Positions 17,435 to 27,136 of a DNA stretch of 64,000 bases are shown here, in pieces. The translations under genes were made by a program, and so were the position numbers. Position 1 is the first letter of the stretch. The number at the start of each line of letters is the position of its first letter. Source of the stretch: Sandaracinaceae bacterium (GTDB taxonomy: Bacteria > Myxococcota_A > Polyangia > Polyangiales > Sandaracinaceae); contig JBILLJ010000019.1 of NCBI GenBank assembly GCA_044376125.1, positions 15,621 to 79,620 on the forward strand, given 5' to 3'. The notes under the pieces are model-generated. The model saw only the letters and a list, made by a program, of their open reading frames with translations. It was not told the DNA's origin and made no database searches.

Positions 17435-18033
17435 GCCTCACCTCCCATGGCCCTCATCGCCGCCATGAAGCGGAGCCGTGCGCGGTGGAGGCGGCTCTTG
17501 AGCGCAGCTTCTCCGAGACCGAGCAGGGCGGCGGCCTCGTCGATCGAGAGCCCCTCCGCATCGACCCACGCGAGCACCTCGCGATCGTCGTCGGAGAGCG
17601 TGTCGAGCGCGCGCTCGATCTCCTCGCGATCCTCGAGCGCGCGCGACCAGCTGCCCACGCACCCGAAGCCGGCGTTCGCACCGAGGCTCTCGACGTCCTC
17701 GCTCACGTCCGCGGGGCTCGGCTCACCGATCCGCCGGCGCACGCGTCGCCGCAGCGCGTTGCGCGCGAGCGCGTACAGCCACGCGCGCGCGGAGCCCTCG
17801 CCGCGGAAGGTGCCTGCGTGCTCGAGCACCGCCACGAAGGTGTCCTGCAGGGCGTCCTCGGCCGTGGCCTCGTCGCCCGTCATGCGGCGCATGTACCGGA
17901 AGAGGCTCGCCCAGTGCCGACGCACGAGCGTGCTCAGGGACACGCGATCGCCGGACGCGACGCTCGCGAGGAGCATCGCGTCACTGGGCTCGGTCGAGGC
18001 ATCGGCGCGGGGTTCGTCCACGGGCGGGTTCAC
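17431..18033 (-). CDS. ECF-type RNA polymerase sigma-70 family factor
   Basis: Region 2 (DALQDTFVAVL, AWLYALARN) and region 4 (LSDDDREVLAWVDAEGLSIDEAAALLGLGEAALKSRLHRAR). Confidence 0.9.
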   Translation of the reverse strand: MNPPVDEPRADASTEPSDAMLLASVASGDRVSLSTLVRRHWASLFRYMRRMTGDEATAEDALQDTFVAVLEHAGTFRGEGSARAWLYALARNALRRRVRRRIGEPSPADVSEDVESLGANAGFGCVGSWSRALEDREEIERALDTLSDDDREVLAWVDAEGLSIDEAAALLGLGEAALKSRLHRARLRFMAAMRAMGGEA

Positions 18034-18054
18034 GCAGGGTAACGCGCGACGCGA

Positions 18055-18270
18055 TCAGGCGTGCTTCGTCTCGACGGGGCAGCTCGAGATGCCGAAGAGG
18101 GTGTAGAGCGGGCAGCTGCCGATCAGGCCGGTCGCGAGCGGCACGATGCCGACGAGGCCCCAGAGCGTCGCGGGCCCGACGAAGACCATGGCGAGCAGCG
18201 CGACGCCGAGGGCGACGCGAAGACCACGGTCGAGGTTGCTCTCGTTGTGCGGAAGGATCTTGGCGAGCAT
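18055..18270 (-). CDS. DUF2892 (YgaP-like) small membrane protein
   Basis: 71 aa. NLDRGLRVALGVALL...GSCPLYTLFGISSC pattern. AGGAGG SD 7 nt upstream of the ATG. Confidence 0.7.
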   Translation of the reverse strand: MLAKILPHNESNLDRGLRVALGVALLAMVFVGPATLWGLVGIVPLATGLIGSCPLYTLFGISSCPVETKHA

Positions 18271-18378
18271 GACGGGCCTCCTGGGCAGAGCGGCCGGGGT
18301 GGCCGCGTCGTTCTGCCCTGGAGAGCCACGCGCTCGCGCGTTCGATTCAGCCTGCGCGCGACGCGTGTGAGAAAGCCC

Positions 18379-18828
18379 TCACCGATCGCGCAGCGCGACG
18401 TGCACGAAGCCCGACGCGACGACGGCATCGACCGTCTCGATCACCTCGTCGTAGCGGATTCCGTCGTCCGGGATCACGGCGACCTCCGTGTCGTCTCGCT
18501 CCGCGACGCGGCGCTGCGCGAGCGTGTCACGCAGCGTGGTGAGGCCCTCGTCGCGCGGCAGCTCGATGCGATCGCCGACGCTCGAGGCGAGCACGAGGCG
18601 GTCGGCGGAGACGAAGAGCGAGAGCGAGGGTGTGTCGGGAGCCGCGCTCGCCGTGGGATCCGCGGCGCCGGACAGCGGCGTCTGGACGGCCGCGAGCCGG
18701 TTCCACACGGCAGTGACGAGCAGGAACATCACGCAGCAGAGCAGGAGATCGATGAAGGGAACGAGCGGAACGTCGTGATCGACGGGGCGCTTCGCGCCGT
18801 GTCCGCCGGAGACCTGGATGGACGCCAT
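18379..18828 (-). CDS. ExbD/TolR-family biopolymer transport protein
   Basis: Start trimmed to MASIQVSGG (cat 18826-18828). VPLVPFIDLLLCCVMFLLV TM segment plus periplasmic domain. No exbB/tonB adjacent. Confidence 0.8.
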   Translation of the reverse strand: MASIQVSGGHGAKRPVDHDVPLVPFIDLLLCCVMFLLVTAVWNRLAAVQTPLSGAADPTASAAPDTPSLSLFVSADRLVLASSVGDRIELPRDEGLTTLRDTLAQRRVAERDDTEVAVIPDDGIRYDEVIETVDAVVASGFVHVALRDR

Positions 18829-18887
18829 GAGAACCTCCCCGCGCTTCGACACGCGCCTTCGAGGCGAGTTCCGCGAAGCAGGCCTCG

Positions 18888-20087
18888 TCACTCGCGCGGG
18901 ATCGCGAACGCACCGACGAACGTGGGCGAGCCGGTGGTCGGCGTCGCGCCGAGGCGCGTGAGGGTGCCGTCGTCCTCGATGCGGAAGCGGACGATCACGT
19001 CGTCGTCCTGCGCGCCCGCGAGGAGGTAGCGACCGAGCGGATCGATCGCGAAGCTGCGAGGACGCCGCGCCTCGAGGAGCACGTGGCCTCGGGCCTCGAC
19101 GCGATGATCGGTGCCGATGGCGAAGACCGCGATGGAGTCGTGCCCGCGGTTCGACACGTAGACGAAGCGCTCGCCGGGGCCGAGCGCGATCTCGGCGACC
19201 GAGTTGCGAGAGGCGAAGCCTGCGGGCAGCGTCGAGACCGCGCCGAGCGACTCGAGCGTGCCGCTCGCCTCGTCGAAGGCGAGCGCCTCGAGGCTCGAGT
19301 CGAGCTCGTTCGCGAGGTAGACGTGCGTGCCGCTCGCGGTGACCGCGAGGTGCCGTGGTCCCGCGCCCTCGCCGGTGTCGTGCGCGCTCGCGCCCGAGAG
19401 CGTGCCGCTCGTCGCGTCGAAGGCGAGCACCGCGACGCGATCGGCGCCGAGGCACGGCACGAGCGCCCAGCGATGGGAAGGAGTCGTGAGGATCTGGTGC
19501 GCGTTGGCGCCTGGGATCTCCTCGTCGAGCGCGTCGCCGAGGGCGCCGTCGACGCCGAGCGGAAACGACGCGACGCTGCCCGCACCGTAGTTGGCGACGA
19601 GCGCGTGGGCACCGCCGGCGTCGATCGACACGTGTGTCGGCCCCGCACCGCGCGAGCTCCGGCGCGCGCCCGACTCGCGCGCTGCGCCGGTGCCCGGTGC
19701 GATCGCGAGACCGACCACCTGCGCGTCGCCTTCGAGCACGGCCGCGCCGCGCATGCCCGAGGCGTCGAGCGCGACGAACGAGGTGCTGCCGGGGATCGCG
19801 GTGCGCGACAGCTCCGTGAGCGCACCGGTGGCGTCGTCGAGCGCGAAGACCACGAGCTGCTCGTCGTCCTGACCGACGTACACGCGCGTGATGCGCGACG
19901 CGCCCGGAGCATCGGTCGGCTCGCTCACGTCCTGCACCCGCTCCGCGTCTCGGGCCTGCGCGACGTCACCCGTGGCAGGAGCATCGCTCGTCTCGTTCGC
20001 ATCGAAGGCGCCTCGGCTCGCACAACACACCGCGGCCGCGCCGACGCTCAGCGACACTCCGGCGACGACGAGCGCGCGACGCACCAT
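18888..20087 (-). CDS. lactonase, 7-bladed beta-propeller (6-phosphogluconolactonase-like) family, secreted
   Basis: Repeating blades with GPRHLAVTASGTHVYLANELDSSL, RFVYVSNRGHDSIAVF, RSFAIDPLGRYLLAGAQDDD. Confidence 0.75.
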   Translation of the reverse strand: MVRRALVVAGVSLSVGAAAVCCASRGAFDANETSDAPATGDVAQARDAERVQDVSEPTDAPGASRITRVYVGQDDEQLVVFALDDATGALTELSRTAIPGSTSFVALDASGMRGAAVLEGDAQVVGLAIAPGTGAARESGARRSSRGAGPTHVSIDAGGAHALVANYGAGSVASFPLGVDGALGDALDEEIPGANAHQILTTPSHRWALVPCLGADRVAVLAFDATSGTLSGASAHDTGEGAGPRHLAVTASGTHVYLANELDSSLEALAFDEASGTLESLGAVSTLPAGFASRNSVAEIALGPGERFVYVSNRGHDSIAVFAIGTDHRVEARGHVLLEARRPRSFAIDPLGRYLLAGAQDDDVIVRFRIEDDGTLTRLGATPTTGSPTFVGAFAIPRE

Positions 20088-20173
20088 GACCGGAGGGTAG
20101 CAAGCGCGCGTCGACGACGCGGCGAGAGGGCGTGGACGTGCTCTTGGCCGGGACTCGATCTAGACCCGCCACG

Positions 20174-21637
20174 ATGTCGATCGATCTCCTGCCTGGCCAC
20201 GCGAAGCTCCCGCTCCCGGGTCAGCGCATCTTCTGCAACCGCACGCTGAACCTCCGCTCGATCCAGGCGATCGGCTTCGACATGGACTACACGCTGGTCC
20301 ACTACCACCAGGATCGGTGGGAGGGGCGCGCGTACCAGCACTGCAAGGAGCGGCTGCTCGCCAAGGGCTTCCCCGTCGCGTCGCTCGAGTTCGATCCGGA
20401 GCTCGGGATGCTCGGCCTGATCCTCGACACCGAGCTCGGCAACATCGTGAAGGCCAACCGCTTCGGCTACGTGAAGCGCGCGTGTCACGGGAGCCGGATG
20501 ATGGACTTCGAAGCCATGCGGAAGGCCTACGAGAACACCGTCGTGGATCTCGGCGACAAGCGCTGGGTGTTCGTGAACACGCTCTTCGGCCTCTCGGAGA
20601 GCTGCATGTACATGCAGCTCGTCGACCTCTTCGATCAGAAGAAGCTCGAGGGCGTGATGAGCTACACGAAGGTCTACGACCTCGTGCGCCAGAACCTCGA
20701 CGCGGCGCACATGGAGGGCGCGCTCAAGGCCGAGATCATGGCGGACCCGGACCGCTTCGTGGACCTCGATCCGGATCTCGCCCCCGCGCTCGAAGACCTC
20801 AAGCACGCGGGCAAGAAGCTCGTGGTGATCACGAACTCGGAGTGGTTCTACACGAAGGCGATGATGTCCTACGCGTTCGACCGCTACCTCGGCGGACGCG
20901 GCTGGCGCTCGCTGTTCGATCTGGTGATCGTCGCGGCGCGCAAGCCCGCGTTCTTCTCCGAGCGCATGCCGGCGTTCGAGGTGATCGACGAAGACGGACG
21001 CCTCGTGCCGGCGCCCGGCCGCCTCGAGCAGGGCAAGAGCTACCTCGGCGCCAACGCGCGCCTGGTCGAGCAGAGCCTCGGCATCCCGGGCGACGACATC
21101 CTCTACGTGGGGGATCACATCTTCGCGGACGTGAACGTCAGCAAGAGCCTCTACCGGTGGCGCACGGGCCTCATCGTGCGCGAGCTCGAGCGAGAGCTCG
21201 ACGCGCTCGAGTCCTTCAAGCCGACGCAGGCCGAGCTCAGCAAGCTCATGGCCGAGAAGGAAGAGATGGAGCATCGCTACTCGCTCCTGCGCCTGCTCGC
21301 GCAGCGTGTGGAGCAGGGCTACGGCGAGCGCCCCGAAGGCATCGAGGTCACCAAGGTCCGCGCCGAGATGCGCGAGCTGCGGAGTCACCTCGTCTCGCTC
21401 GACGACCGCATCGCGCCGCTCGCGAAGGCGGCCGGAGAGCTCAACAACCCGCGCTGGGGCCTGCTCCTGCGGACGGGCAACGACAAGAGCCACCTCGCGC
21501 GACAGATCGAGAAGCACGCGGACGTGTACACGTCTCGCGTGTCGAACCTCCTGCACTCGACGCCGTTCGTCTACCTGCGCTCACCACGCGGATCGCTGCC
21601 GCACGACTTCGGTCCGACGGGCGGCGTCAACGACTGA
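20174..21637 (+). CDS. HAD-superfamily subfamily IG 5'-nucleotidase
   Basis: IFCNRTLNL...GFDMDYTLVHY (DxDxT motif), ITNS, YVGDHIFADV. Eukaryote-like cN-II architecture. Confidence 0.85.
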   Translation: MSIDLLPGHAKLPLPGQRIFCNRTLNLRSIQAIGFDMDYTLVHYHQDRWEGRAYQHCKERLLAKGFPVASLEFDPELGMLGLILDTELGNIVKANRFGYVKRACHGSRMMDFEAMRKAYENTVVDLGDKRWVFVNTLFGLSESCMYMQLVDLFDQKKLEGVMSYTKVYDLVRQNLDAAHMEGALKAEIMADPDRFVDLDPDLAPALEDLKHAGKKLVVITNSEWFYTKAMMSYAFDRYLGGRGWRSLFDLVIVAARKPAFFSERMPAFEVIDEDGRLVPAPGRLEQGKSYLGANARLVEQSLGIPGDDILYVGDHIFADVNVSKSLYRWRTGLIVRELERELDALESFKPTQAELSKLMAEKEEMEHRYSLLRLLAQRVEQGYGERPEGIEVTKVRAEMRELRSHLVSLDDRIAPLAKAAGELNNPRWGLLLRTGNDKSHLARQIEKHADVYTSRVSNLLHSTPFVYLRSPRGSLPHDFGPTGGVND

Positions 21638-21701
21638 GCGGTCGGCCGGAGCCCGCACGACCTCGATCCCGAGACGCGAACGCTCCGGGTGCGTGGGCGG
21701 G

Positions 21702-22385
21702 TCAGTCGAGACGGATCGCGAGGCCCAGCGTCATCACGAAGCCGCCTGCGAGCTCGGCACCCGACGCTCGCCCCTCCACGCTCACGTCCGCGGGACGGAC
21801 GCGGAGCTCACCGCGCGCGTCGAGCAGGATCGCGATGCGCGGGTCGACCGAGACGCGCGCACCCACGCCCAGCTGCGCGAGCACGCGCGGGCTGAGTCCC
21901 GTCGACTCGAGCACGAGCGCGGTGGCGGCGCGTCCGAGCAGCTGGAACGCGACGGAGTCGGAAGGGCCGAAGTCGCGCCAGGCCTCGAGGCCGAGGTGGA
22001 GCTCGGAGGGCGCGCGCGTTCCGAGCTCACCGAAGTAGCCGGCCACGAGACCGCCGCCCCAGCCATCGCGCGCCTGCAGGCCGAAGCGCGCGGTCATGCC
22101 GCCGAGCGGCATCCCGAACGCGCCGGACATCGTGAGCTCGCCGCGCAGCGTGAGGTCCGGGACGAGCCCGGGGTCGGTGCTCGTAGCAGCGGGCTCTGTC
22201 ACGAGCACCACCGGTGCGGGCTCGGCGAGCACCGTCTCGGTGCTCGTGGTGGTCACGCGTCCGGTGACGGTCACCTCGGCCGTCGTGGTCGACGAGCGCT
22301 CGATGACGGTCTGCGCGGTCGCGCTCGAGGCCACGAGACTGAAGAGGAACGGGACCGCGAGGGCGGGGACGAGGTGCGTCTGCAT
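21702..22385 (-). CDS. putative outer-membrane beta-barrel protein
   Basis: Start trimmed to MQTHLVPALAVPFLFSLVASSATAQ (signal peptide). Thr-rich linker, then alternating hydrophobic strands. No canonical terminal Phe. Confidence 0.55.
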   Translation of the reverse strand: MQTHLVPALAVPFLFSLVASSATAQTVIERSSTTTAEVTVTGRVTTTSTETVLAEPAPVVLVTEPAATSTDPGLVPDLTLRGELTMSGAFGMPLGGMTARFGLQARDGWGGGLVAGYFGELGTRAPSELHLGLEAWRDFGPSDSVAFQLLGRAATALVLESTGLSPRVLAQLGVGARVSVDPRIAILLDARGELRVRPADVSVEGRASGAELAGGFVMTLGLAIRLD

Positions 22386-22474
22386 CGGCTGGGAAGACGC
22401 GCACGTGTGCGCTCGATTCACGCGCTGCGAGCGCGTGCGAGTGGCCAACTGGCGGGAGGCAGCGCGCCGTGCGC

Positions 22475-23338
22475 TCAGGGATCGTAGGCGCAGCGCAGTC
22501 CGAGATCGGCGCGCTCGCTGCGCTCGTCGAGCCAGGTGCGCGCAGTGACGCGCATCGAGACGGCGGGGTGGAGGTAGCTGCCGCCGCGCACGACGAGGCG
22601 CGCGTCCCGGTCGGTGGGGCGGGCGGAGTTGCCGAGATCGAGGGGGCGCGGGCGGGAGGCGGTCCACTCCCAGACGTTGCCGGCCATGTCGGCCAGACCG
22701 TACGGGCTCCGTCCTCCGAGGACACCGACCGGGGCCAGGCCACGGTAGCCGTCGCTCGCATCGGCGCGGAGCACGGGCCGACCGTGGTTGGCGAGGGCGC
22801 CGTCGTAGGCGTTGCCCCACGGGAAGCGACGAGCGTCGTCCGCGCCGCGCGCGGCCTTCTCCCACTCGTGCTCCGAGGGGAGCCGGCCGCCGCGGAACCC
22901 GCAGTAGCGAGCGGCGTCGATGGCATCGACGCCCACGATGGGGAACGACGGTGCTCCGAGCTCGACGTCGGCGTCGTCGACGCGAGACGGTCGGCAGAGC
23001 CCGACGGAGACGCACTGGGCGTAGAGCGCGCGGCTCACCTCGGTGCGGTCCAGGCCGAAGCGTCGGAGATAGACGCGGGCGCCCGGCCGCTCGTGTGAGA
23101 AGCGCTCGGGGATGCACTCGTCGGCGAAGGCGAGCTCGTTCTCGTCCTGGCAGAGCTGGACGGCGTAGTCGATGTCGCGCGCATCGGCGCCGAAGACGAA
23201 CGCGCCTTCGGGGATCCACACGATCGAAGGCTCGGCGAGCTGGACCTGCGCCCGGACGTCGCTCCGTGTGCCGGTCGCGGCGAGCAGGGTGGAGGCGCCG
23301 AGGAGCGCTCCTGCGAGCACGCGGCGTCGGCGCGCCAT
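22475..23338 (-). CDS. formylglycine-generating enzyme (SUMF1/FGE-sulfatase) domain protein, secreted
   Basis: RGGRLPSEHEWEKAARG, GNVWEWT, RGGSY motifs. Signal-like N-terminus from MARRRRVLAGALLGAS. Confidence 0.85.
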   Translation of the reverse strand: MARRRRVLAGALLGASTLLAATGTRSDVRAQVQLAEPSIVWIPEGAFVFGADARDIDYAVQLCQDENELAFADECIPERFSHERPGARVYLRRFGLDRTEVSRALYAQCVSVGLCRPSRVDDADVELGAPSFPIVGVDAIDAARYCGFRGGRLPSEHEWEKAARGADDARRFPWGNAYDGALANHGRPVLRADASDGYRGLAPVGVLGGRSPYGLADMAGNVWEWTASRPRPLDLGNSARPTDRDARLVVRGGSYLHPAVSMRVTARTWLDERSERADLGLRCAYDP

Positions 23339-23410
23339 CTGCCGGGCCTCGGTTCGAGCGTCGGTCGTTCCGCCGTCGAACGCATGCTTTCGCGGAGGCG
23401 CCATGGCGTC

Positions 23411-24235
23411 CTAGGGGGACGCGGCCGCGCTCGGAGCAGTCGTGGTGGCCTCGAGCCGGCGTGCTCGGAGCAGGCCCACCACGCCGACACCGATCACCGC
23501 GAGCGACACGAGCTGCGAGGTGGAGACGAGCCCTCCGAGGAAGACGCCGCGCACGCCATCTCCTCGGAAGGCCTCGACGACGGCGCGGAGCACGCCGTAG
23601 ACGATCGCGTACGTGGAGATGCGGCGACCGCTGCCCGGCGCACCGAGCCACCTCGCCTCGAGGGGGGTCGCTGCGAAGACCAGCGCCACTGCGAGCAGGC
23701 CGAACGCCTCGTAGAGCTGGACGGGATGGCGAGGCACCGACGGATTCGCCATCGGAGACATCGGGTCGGTCGCGGTGACCGACCACGGGCCATGCCACTC
23801 GGCGCCGAAGCAGCATCCTCCGAGGAGGCATCCGACGCGACCGAGGGCATGACCGACGGCGATCGCGGGGACCGAGAGGTCGATCATCTTCCACCACGGT
23901 ACCCGCAGCCAGCGCGCGGCGTAGTAGGTGCCGAGGCCGGCGCCGGGCACGGCGCCGTAGAAGACCAGGCCGGGACCGTGCGAGAGCGCGACCTCGACGT
24001 CGAAGCCCGAGCGTACGAGCTCGACCAGGTAGAAGAGGAGCGCGGCTCCGAGGAAGGCGGGGACAGTCGCGTAGCCGATCGTCGCGATGACGGCGCCCCA
24101 GTCCTCCTTGGCGTGGTGTGCGGCGCGCGCGGAGAGGAAGCCCGTCGCGAGCACACCGAGGGAGACCATGAGCCCATAGCCGCCGATGGGACGCGAGACG
24201 CCGAAGACCTGGAGATCGTAGACGATCGGGAGCAT
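23411..24235 (-). CDS. lgt: prolipoprotein diacylglyceryl transferase
   Basis: GYGLMVSLG, GRVGCLLGGCCFG, HPVQLYEA signature blocks. Confidence 0.9.
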   Translation of the reverse strand: MLPIVYDLQVFGVSRPIGGYGLMVSLGVLATGFLSARAAHHAKEDWGAVIATIGYATVPAFLGAALLFYLVELVRSGFDVEVALSHGPGLVFYGAVPGAGLGTYYAARWLRVPWWKMIDLSVPAIAVGHALGRVGCLLGGCCFGAEWHGPWSVTATDPMSPMANPSVPRHPVQLYEAFGLLAVALVFAATPLEARWLGAPGSGRRISTYAIVYGVLRAVVEAFRGDGVRGVFLGGLVSTSQLVSLAVIGVGVVGLLRARRLEATTTAPSAAASP

Positions 24236-24886
24236 TCACTGGCTCGCACGGCGGCGACGACGCCGGTCGGCGGGAGGGTCCTCCGCGTCGACTGCGCTCG
24301 GCCCTGCCGCAGGCGCGTCGCTCTGCCCGTCCTCGGAGGACGTGTCGGAGGGCTCGGAGGACGCTGGCTGTCGTGGCACCGCACCCGCGCCCGCGGGCCC
24401 GGGCGGCAGCGGCGGCGGTGGAAGCGGCGTCTCGTCGCCCTGACGCTCCATGGGAGGCGGCGGTGTGCTCGGAGGAGGTGTCGGCGCGGCGACCGCTGCA
24501 TCGGGCGGATCGAAGAGGTCCTCGAACGGGTTCGAGTTCGGGCCACCGTCGCGATCCCAAGGGACGCCCTGATGCGTCGAGTCGGGCGGAGTGAGGAACG
24601 CACCCGTGCACATCGTGTTGCACAGGCCGCACGTGAGGGCGACGAGCATCGCCGGGATGAACGCGAGGATGTTGATGACGAGGCCCGCAGTCGCGAGCCC
24701 CTCGTTCTCCCCCATGCCCTGCTTCGCGCGGGACATCGCGACACCTCCGAGGATGACCCCGGCGATGGCGAGGATGGGCGAGAGGAAGGACAGCATCGTC
24801 CCGAGGAACGGAACGAAGACGAAGATCACCCCTGCGATCATGAGGAGGAACGAGAAGATCCCGAGGATGATGGAGCCCAGGCCCAT
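24236..24886 (-). CDS. DUF4190-like membrane protein with Pro-rich acidic C-terminal tail
   Basis: Start trimmed to MGLGSIILGIFSFLLMIAG. Three to four TM helices, then a PPPSTPPPP.. tail. The stop abuts the lgt start. Confidence 0.65.
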   Translation of the reverse strand: MGLGSIILGIFSFLLMIAGVIFVFVPFLGTMLSFLSPILAIAGVILGGVAMSRAKQGMGENEGLATAGLVINILAFIPAMLVALTCGLCNTMCTGAFLTPPDSTHQGVPWDRDGGPNSNPFEDLFDPPDAAVAAPTPPPSTPPPPMERQGDETPLPPPPLPPGPAGAGAVPRQPASSEPSDTSSEDGQSDAPAAGPSAVDAEDPPADRRRRRRASQ

Positions 24887-25154
24887 GCGTGCCGCGGCAA
24901 CTGTCCGGGACGAAGCGCGCGGGGTCAACCGCGGCGCACCGAACACGCTCGCAGGCCCATCGTTCGGGCCGACGTCACAGCCGACGTACCGACCTCCACG
25001 TGATCGCGCTGGGGGCGTCGACACGAGCGCCGACGCAACCTGCCGAGGGGTGGCGTCCGCCAGGGGTGGCGACCGCCAGCCCGCCAGGCGAGGGCCGAAT
25101 TCCCTTCGTTTCGCACCGTCGAGGGCCGGTGCGATCCCTGCTCGAGCGTCAGGC

Positions 25155-26081
25155 ATGGCCAACAACATCGCCTGGTACCCACCCGACATCGTCTACTACG
25201 AGATCGTCATCAAGTGCGCGGGCGATCAGATGCTCATGCGCCCGGACGAGAAGACGACGTGGATCATCGCGGACGTCCTCGGCCACGTGGTGCGCAAGCA
25301 CGACATCCCGCTGTACGCGGTCGCCTGCGTGTCGACGCACGGACACCTCATCGTCGGCAGCCGTCCGGAGCTGCGTCTGGACAAGGTGCAGCAGGACCTC
25401 AAATCACAGCTCGCGAAGCGCCTCAACGTCGAGCGCGACCGGATCGGTGTCTTCTTCCAGCGCAAGAAGCCCATCCCGATCCTCTCCACCGAGGCCTTCT
25501 TCGACCGGCTCCGGTACACGCACGCCCAGCCCGTGCATCACGGCATGGTCGAGCGCGTCGAAGACTGGCCCGGGCTCTCGAGCTTTCGTGCGGTCGTCGA
25601 GGGCAAGCCCTCGATCGAGGCGAGCTGGTTCGACGAGCGCTCGTGGCGCGACGCAGGTGCCGACCCGACGCAGAAGGCGGCGTTCCTGCACGTCGCGACG
25701 GTGCCGATCACGCCGCCGCCCGAGTGGGACGGCCTCACCGACGAGCAGCTCCGATTCCAGCGCGCGGCACACGAAGAGTCCGTGCGCGACCGCGAGCGCG
25801 AGCAGGCCGCCGCCCGCGGCACGAGTGCTCCCCCGCCACCGGAGCCGAGCCACTATCGACAGGTCGATCCGTTCTCGCGTCCCGTCGGTCCGATCCAGCG
25901 TCGACCGGCACCGATCGCGCACGGATCCGCAGACGAGGTGGCCGAATACCGACGGCGGTATCGCATCGTCGTTGCGGCACACCGCGAGGCCTCGGCGCAG
26001 TATCGGGCGACCGGCAAGCTCTGTCCGTTCCCGCTGGGCACCTTCCCGCCACGCATCGAAGTCCCGTTCGAGACGGCGTAG
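25155..26081 (+). CDS. HUH/Y1 transposase-fold protein (COG1943 / RAYT-like), paralog of 9335-10279
   Basis: ATG at 25155. STHGHLIVG (HUH). LRYTHAQPVHHGMVERVEDWPGLSSF (Tyr motif). Shares the C-terminal YRxTGxLCPFPxGTFPPRIxVP with the paralog. Confidence 0.8.
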   Translation: MANNIAWYPPDIVYYEIVIKCAGDQMLMRPDEKTTWIIADVLGHVVRKHDIPLYAVACVSTHGHLIVGSRPELRLDKVQQDLKSQLAKRLNVERDRIGVFFQRKKPIPILSTEAFFDRLRYTHAQPVHHGMVERVEDWPGLSSFRAVVEGKPSIEASWFDERSWRDAGADPTQKAAFLHVATVPITPPPEWDGLTDEQLRFQRAAHEESVRDREREQAAARGTSAPPPPEPSHYRQVDPFSRPVGPIQRRPAPIAHGSADEVAEYRRRYRIVVAAHREASAQYRATGKLCPFPLGTFPPRIEVPFETA

Positions 26082-26163
26082 GACGCGCTCGGACCTCGGC
26101 TCCTCGCCTCGCGGCCCTGCGTGTGGCCCTCGAGGGGCTTGCTGCTATCGTCGGCGCCCTTCG

Positions 26164-27135
26164 ATGAACGCCGCCCCCGCATCCACGCGCAAGAAACGCG
26201 CTCCGAAGATCACCGACGTGCGCGCGGGGCGCGTCGCGATCGTCGGCCGACCCAACGTCGGCAAGTCGACGCTGCTCAACGCGCTCGTCGGACAGCGCCT
26301 CGCGATCACGACCCCCAAGCCCGGCACCACGAGGACGGTGCTCCTCGGTGTCCACGACGGCACCGACGACGAGGGACGTCGCACGCAGATCGCCTTCCTC
26401 GACACGCCTGGTCTGGAGTCGCCGCGATCCGTGCTCGGGCGCGTCCTCGTAGAAGAGGCACAAGGTGCGCTCGAGAGCATCGACGCCATCGTCCTCATGG
26501 TCGACGCCGCGGACGTCGCGCGGGCGGGCGATCTCGCGCCGGCCGATCAGCGCGTCCTCTCGCTCCTCGATCCGTTCGCCAAGCCCGTCGTGCTGGTGCT
26601 CAACAAGGTCGATCGCGTGAAGGACAAGGCGAAGCTGCTCCCCGCGCTCGAGAAGCTCGAGAAGAAGAAGCGGTTCGCCGCGCTCGTGCCGCTGAGCGCG
26701 ACCCGTGGCAGTGGGCTGGGCGGGCTGGTCTCGGAGCTCCGCGGTCACCTCGGCACCGCGCTCCTCTACGACGACGACAGCGTGACGGACCGCCCCGAGC
26801 GCTTCTTCGTCTCCGAGCTCGTGCGAGAGGCCATCCTCGGAGCAACGCGCGAGGAAGTGCCGTACGGCACGGCCGTGCTCGTCGACGAGTGGGTCGAGGA
26901 AGGCAACCTCGTCCGTGTCGGTGTGACGATCGTCGTCGAGAAGGACTCGCACAAGGGCATCCTGATCGGCGCACGCGGCACGAAGCTCAAGGAGATCGGC
27001 GAGTCCGCCCGTCTCGCGATCGAGAGCTTCCTCGAGCGGAAGGTCTTTCTCCGAACCTTCGTCAAGGTCGTCCCTGGATGGACCAAGGACGCCGCCAAGG
27101 TGCGACGCCTCGTCCACGAAGGCGTCCTGCCCTGA
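26164..27135 (+). CDS. era: GTPase Era
   Basis: GRPNVGKST (G1), DTPG (G3), NKVD (G4), C-terminal KH domain (VEKDSHKGILIGARGTKLKEIG). Confidence 0.95.
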   Translation: MNAAPASTRKKRAPKITDVRAGRVAIVGRPNVGKSTLLNALVGQRLAITTPKPGTTRTVLLGVHDGTDDEGRRTQIAFLDTPGLESPRSVLGRVLVEEAQGALESIDAIVLMVDAADVARAGDLAPADQRVLSLLDPFAKPVVLVLNKVDRVKDKAKLLPALEKLEKKKRFAALVPLSATRGSGLGGLVSELRGHLGTALLYDDDSVTDRPERFFVSELVREAILGATREEVPYGTAVLVDEWVEEGNLVRVGVTIVVEKDSHKGILIGARGTKLKEIGESARLAIESFLERKVFLRTFVKVVPGWTKDAAKVRRLVHEGVLP

Positions 27136-27136
27136 C

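Noticed and set aside
18379-18828. Orphan exbD as part of a hidden Ton/Tol system
   Set aside because: No exbB/tolQ, tonB/tolA or TonB-dependent receptor gene is adjacent. A single family member is not a system.
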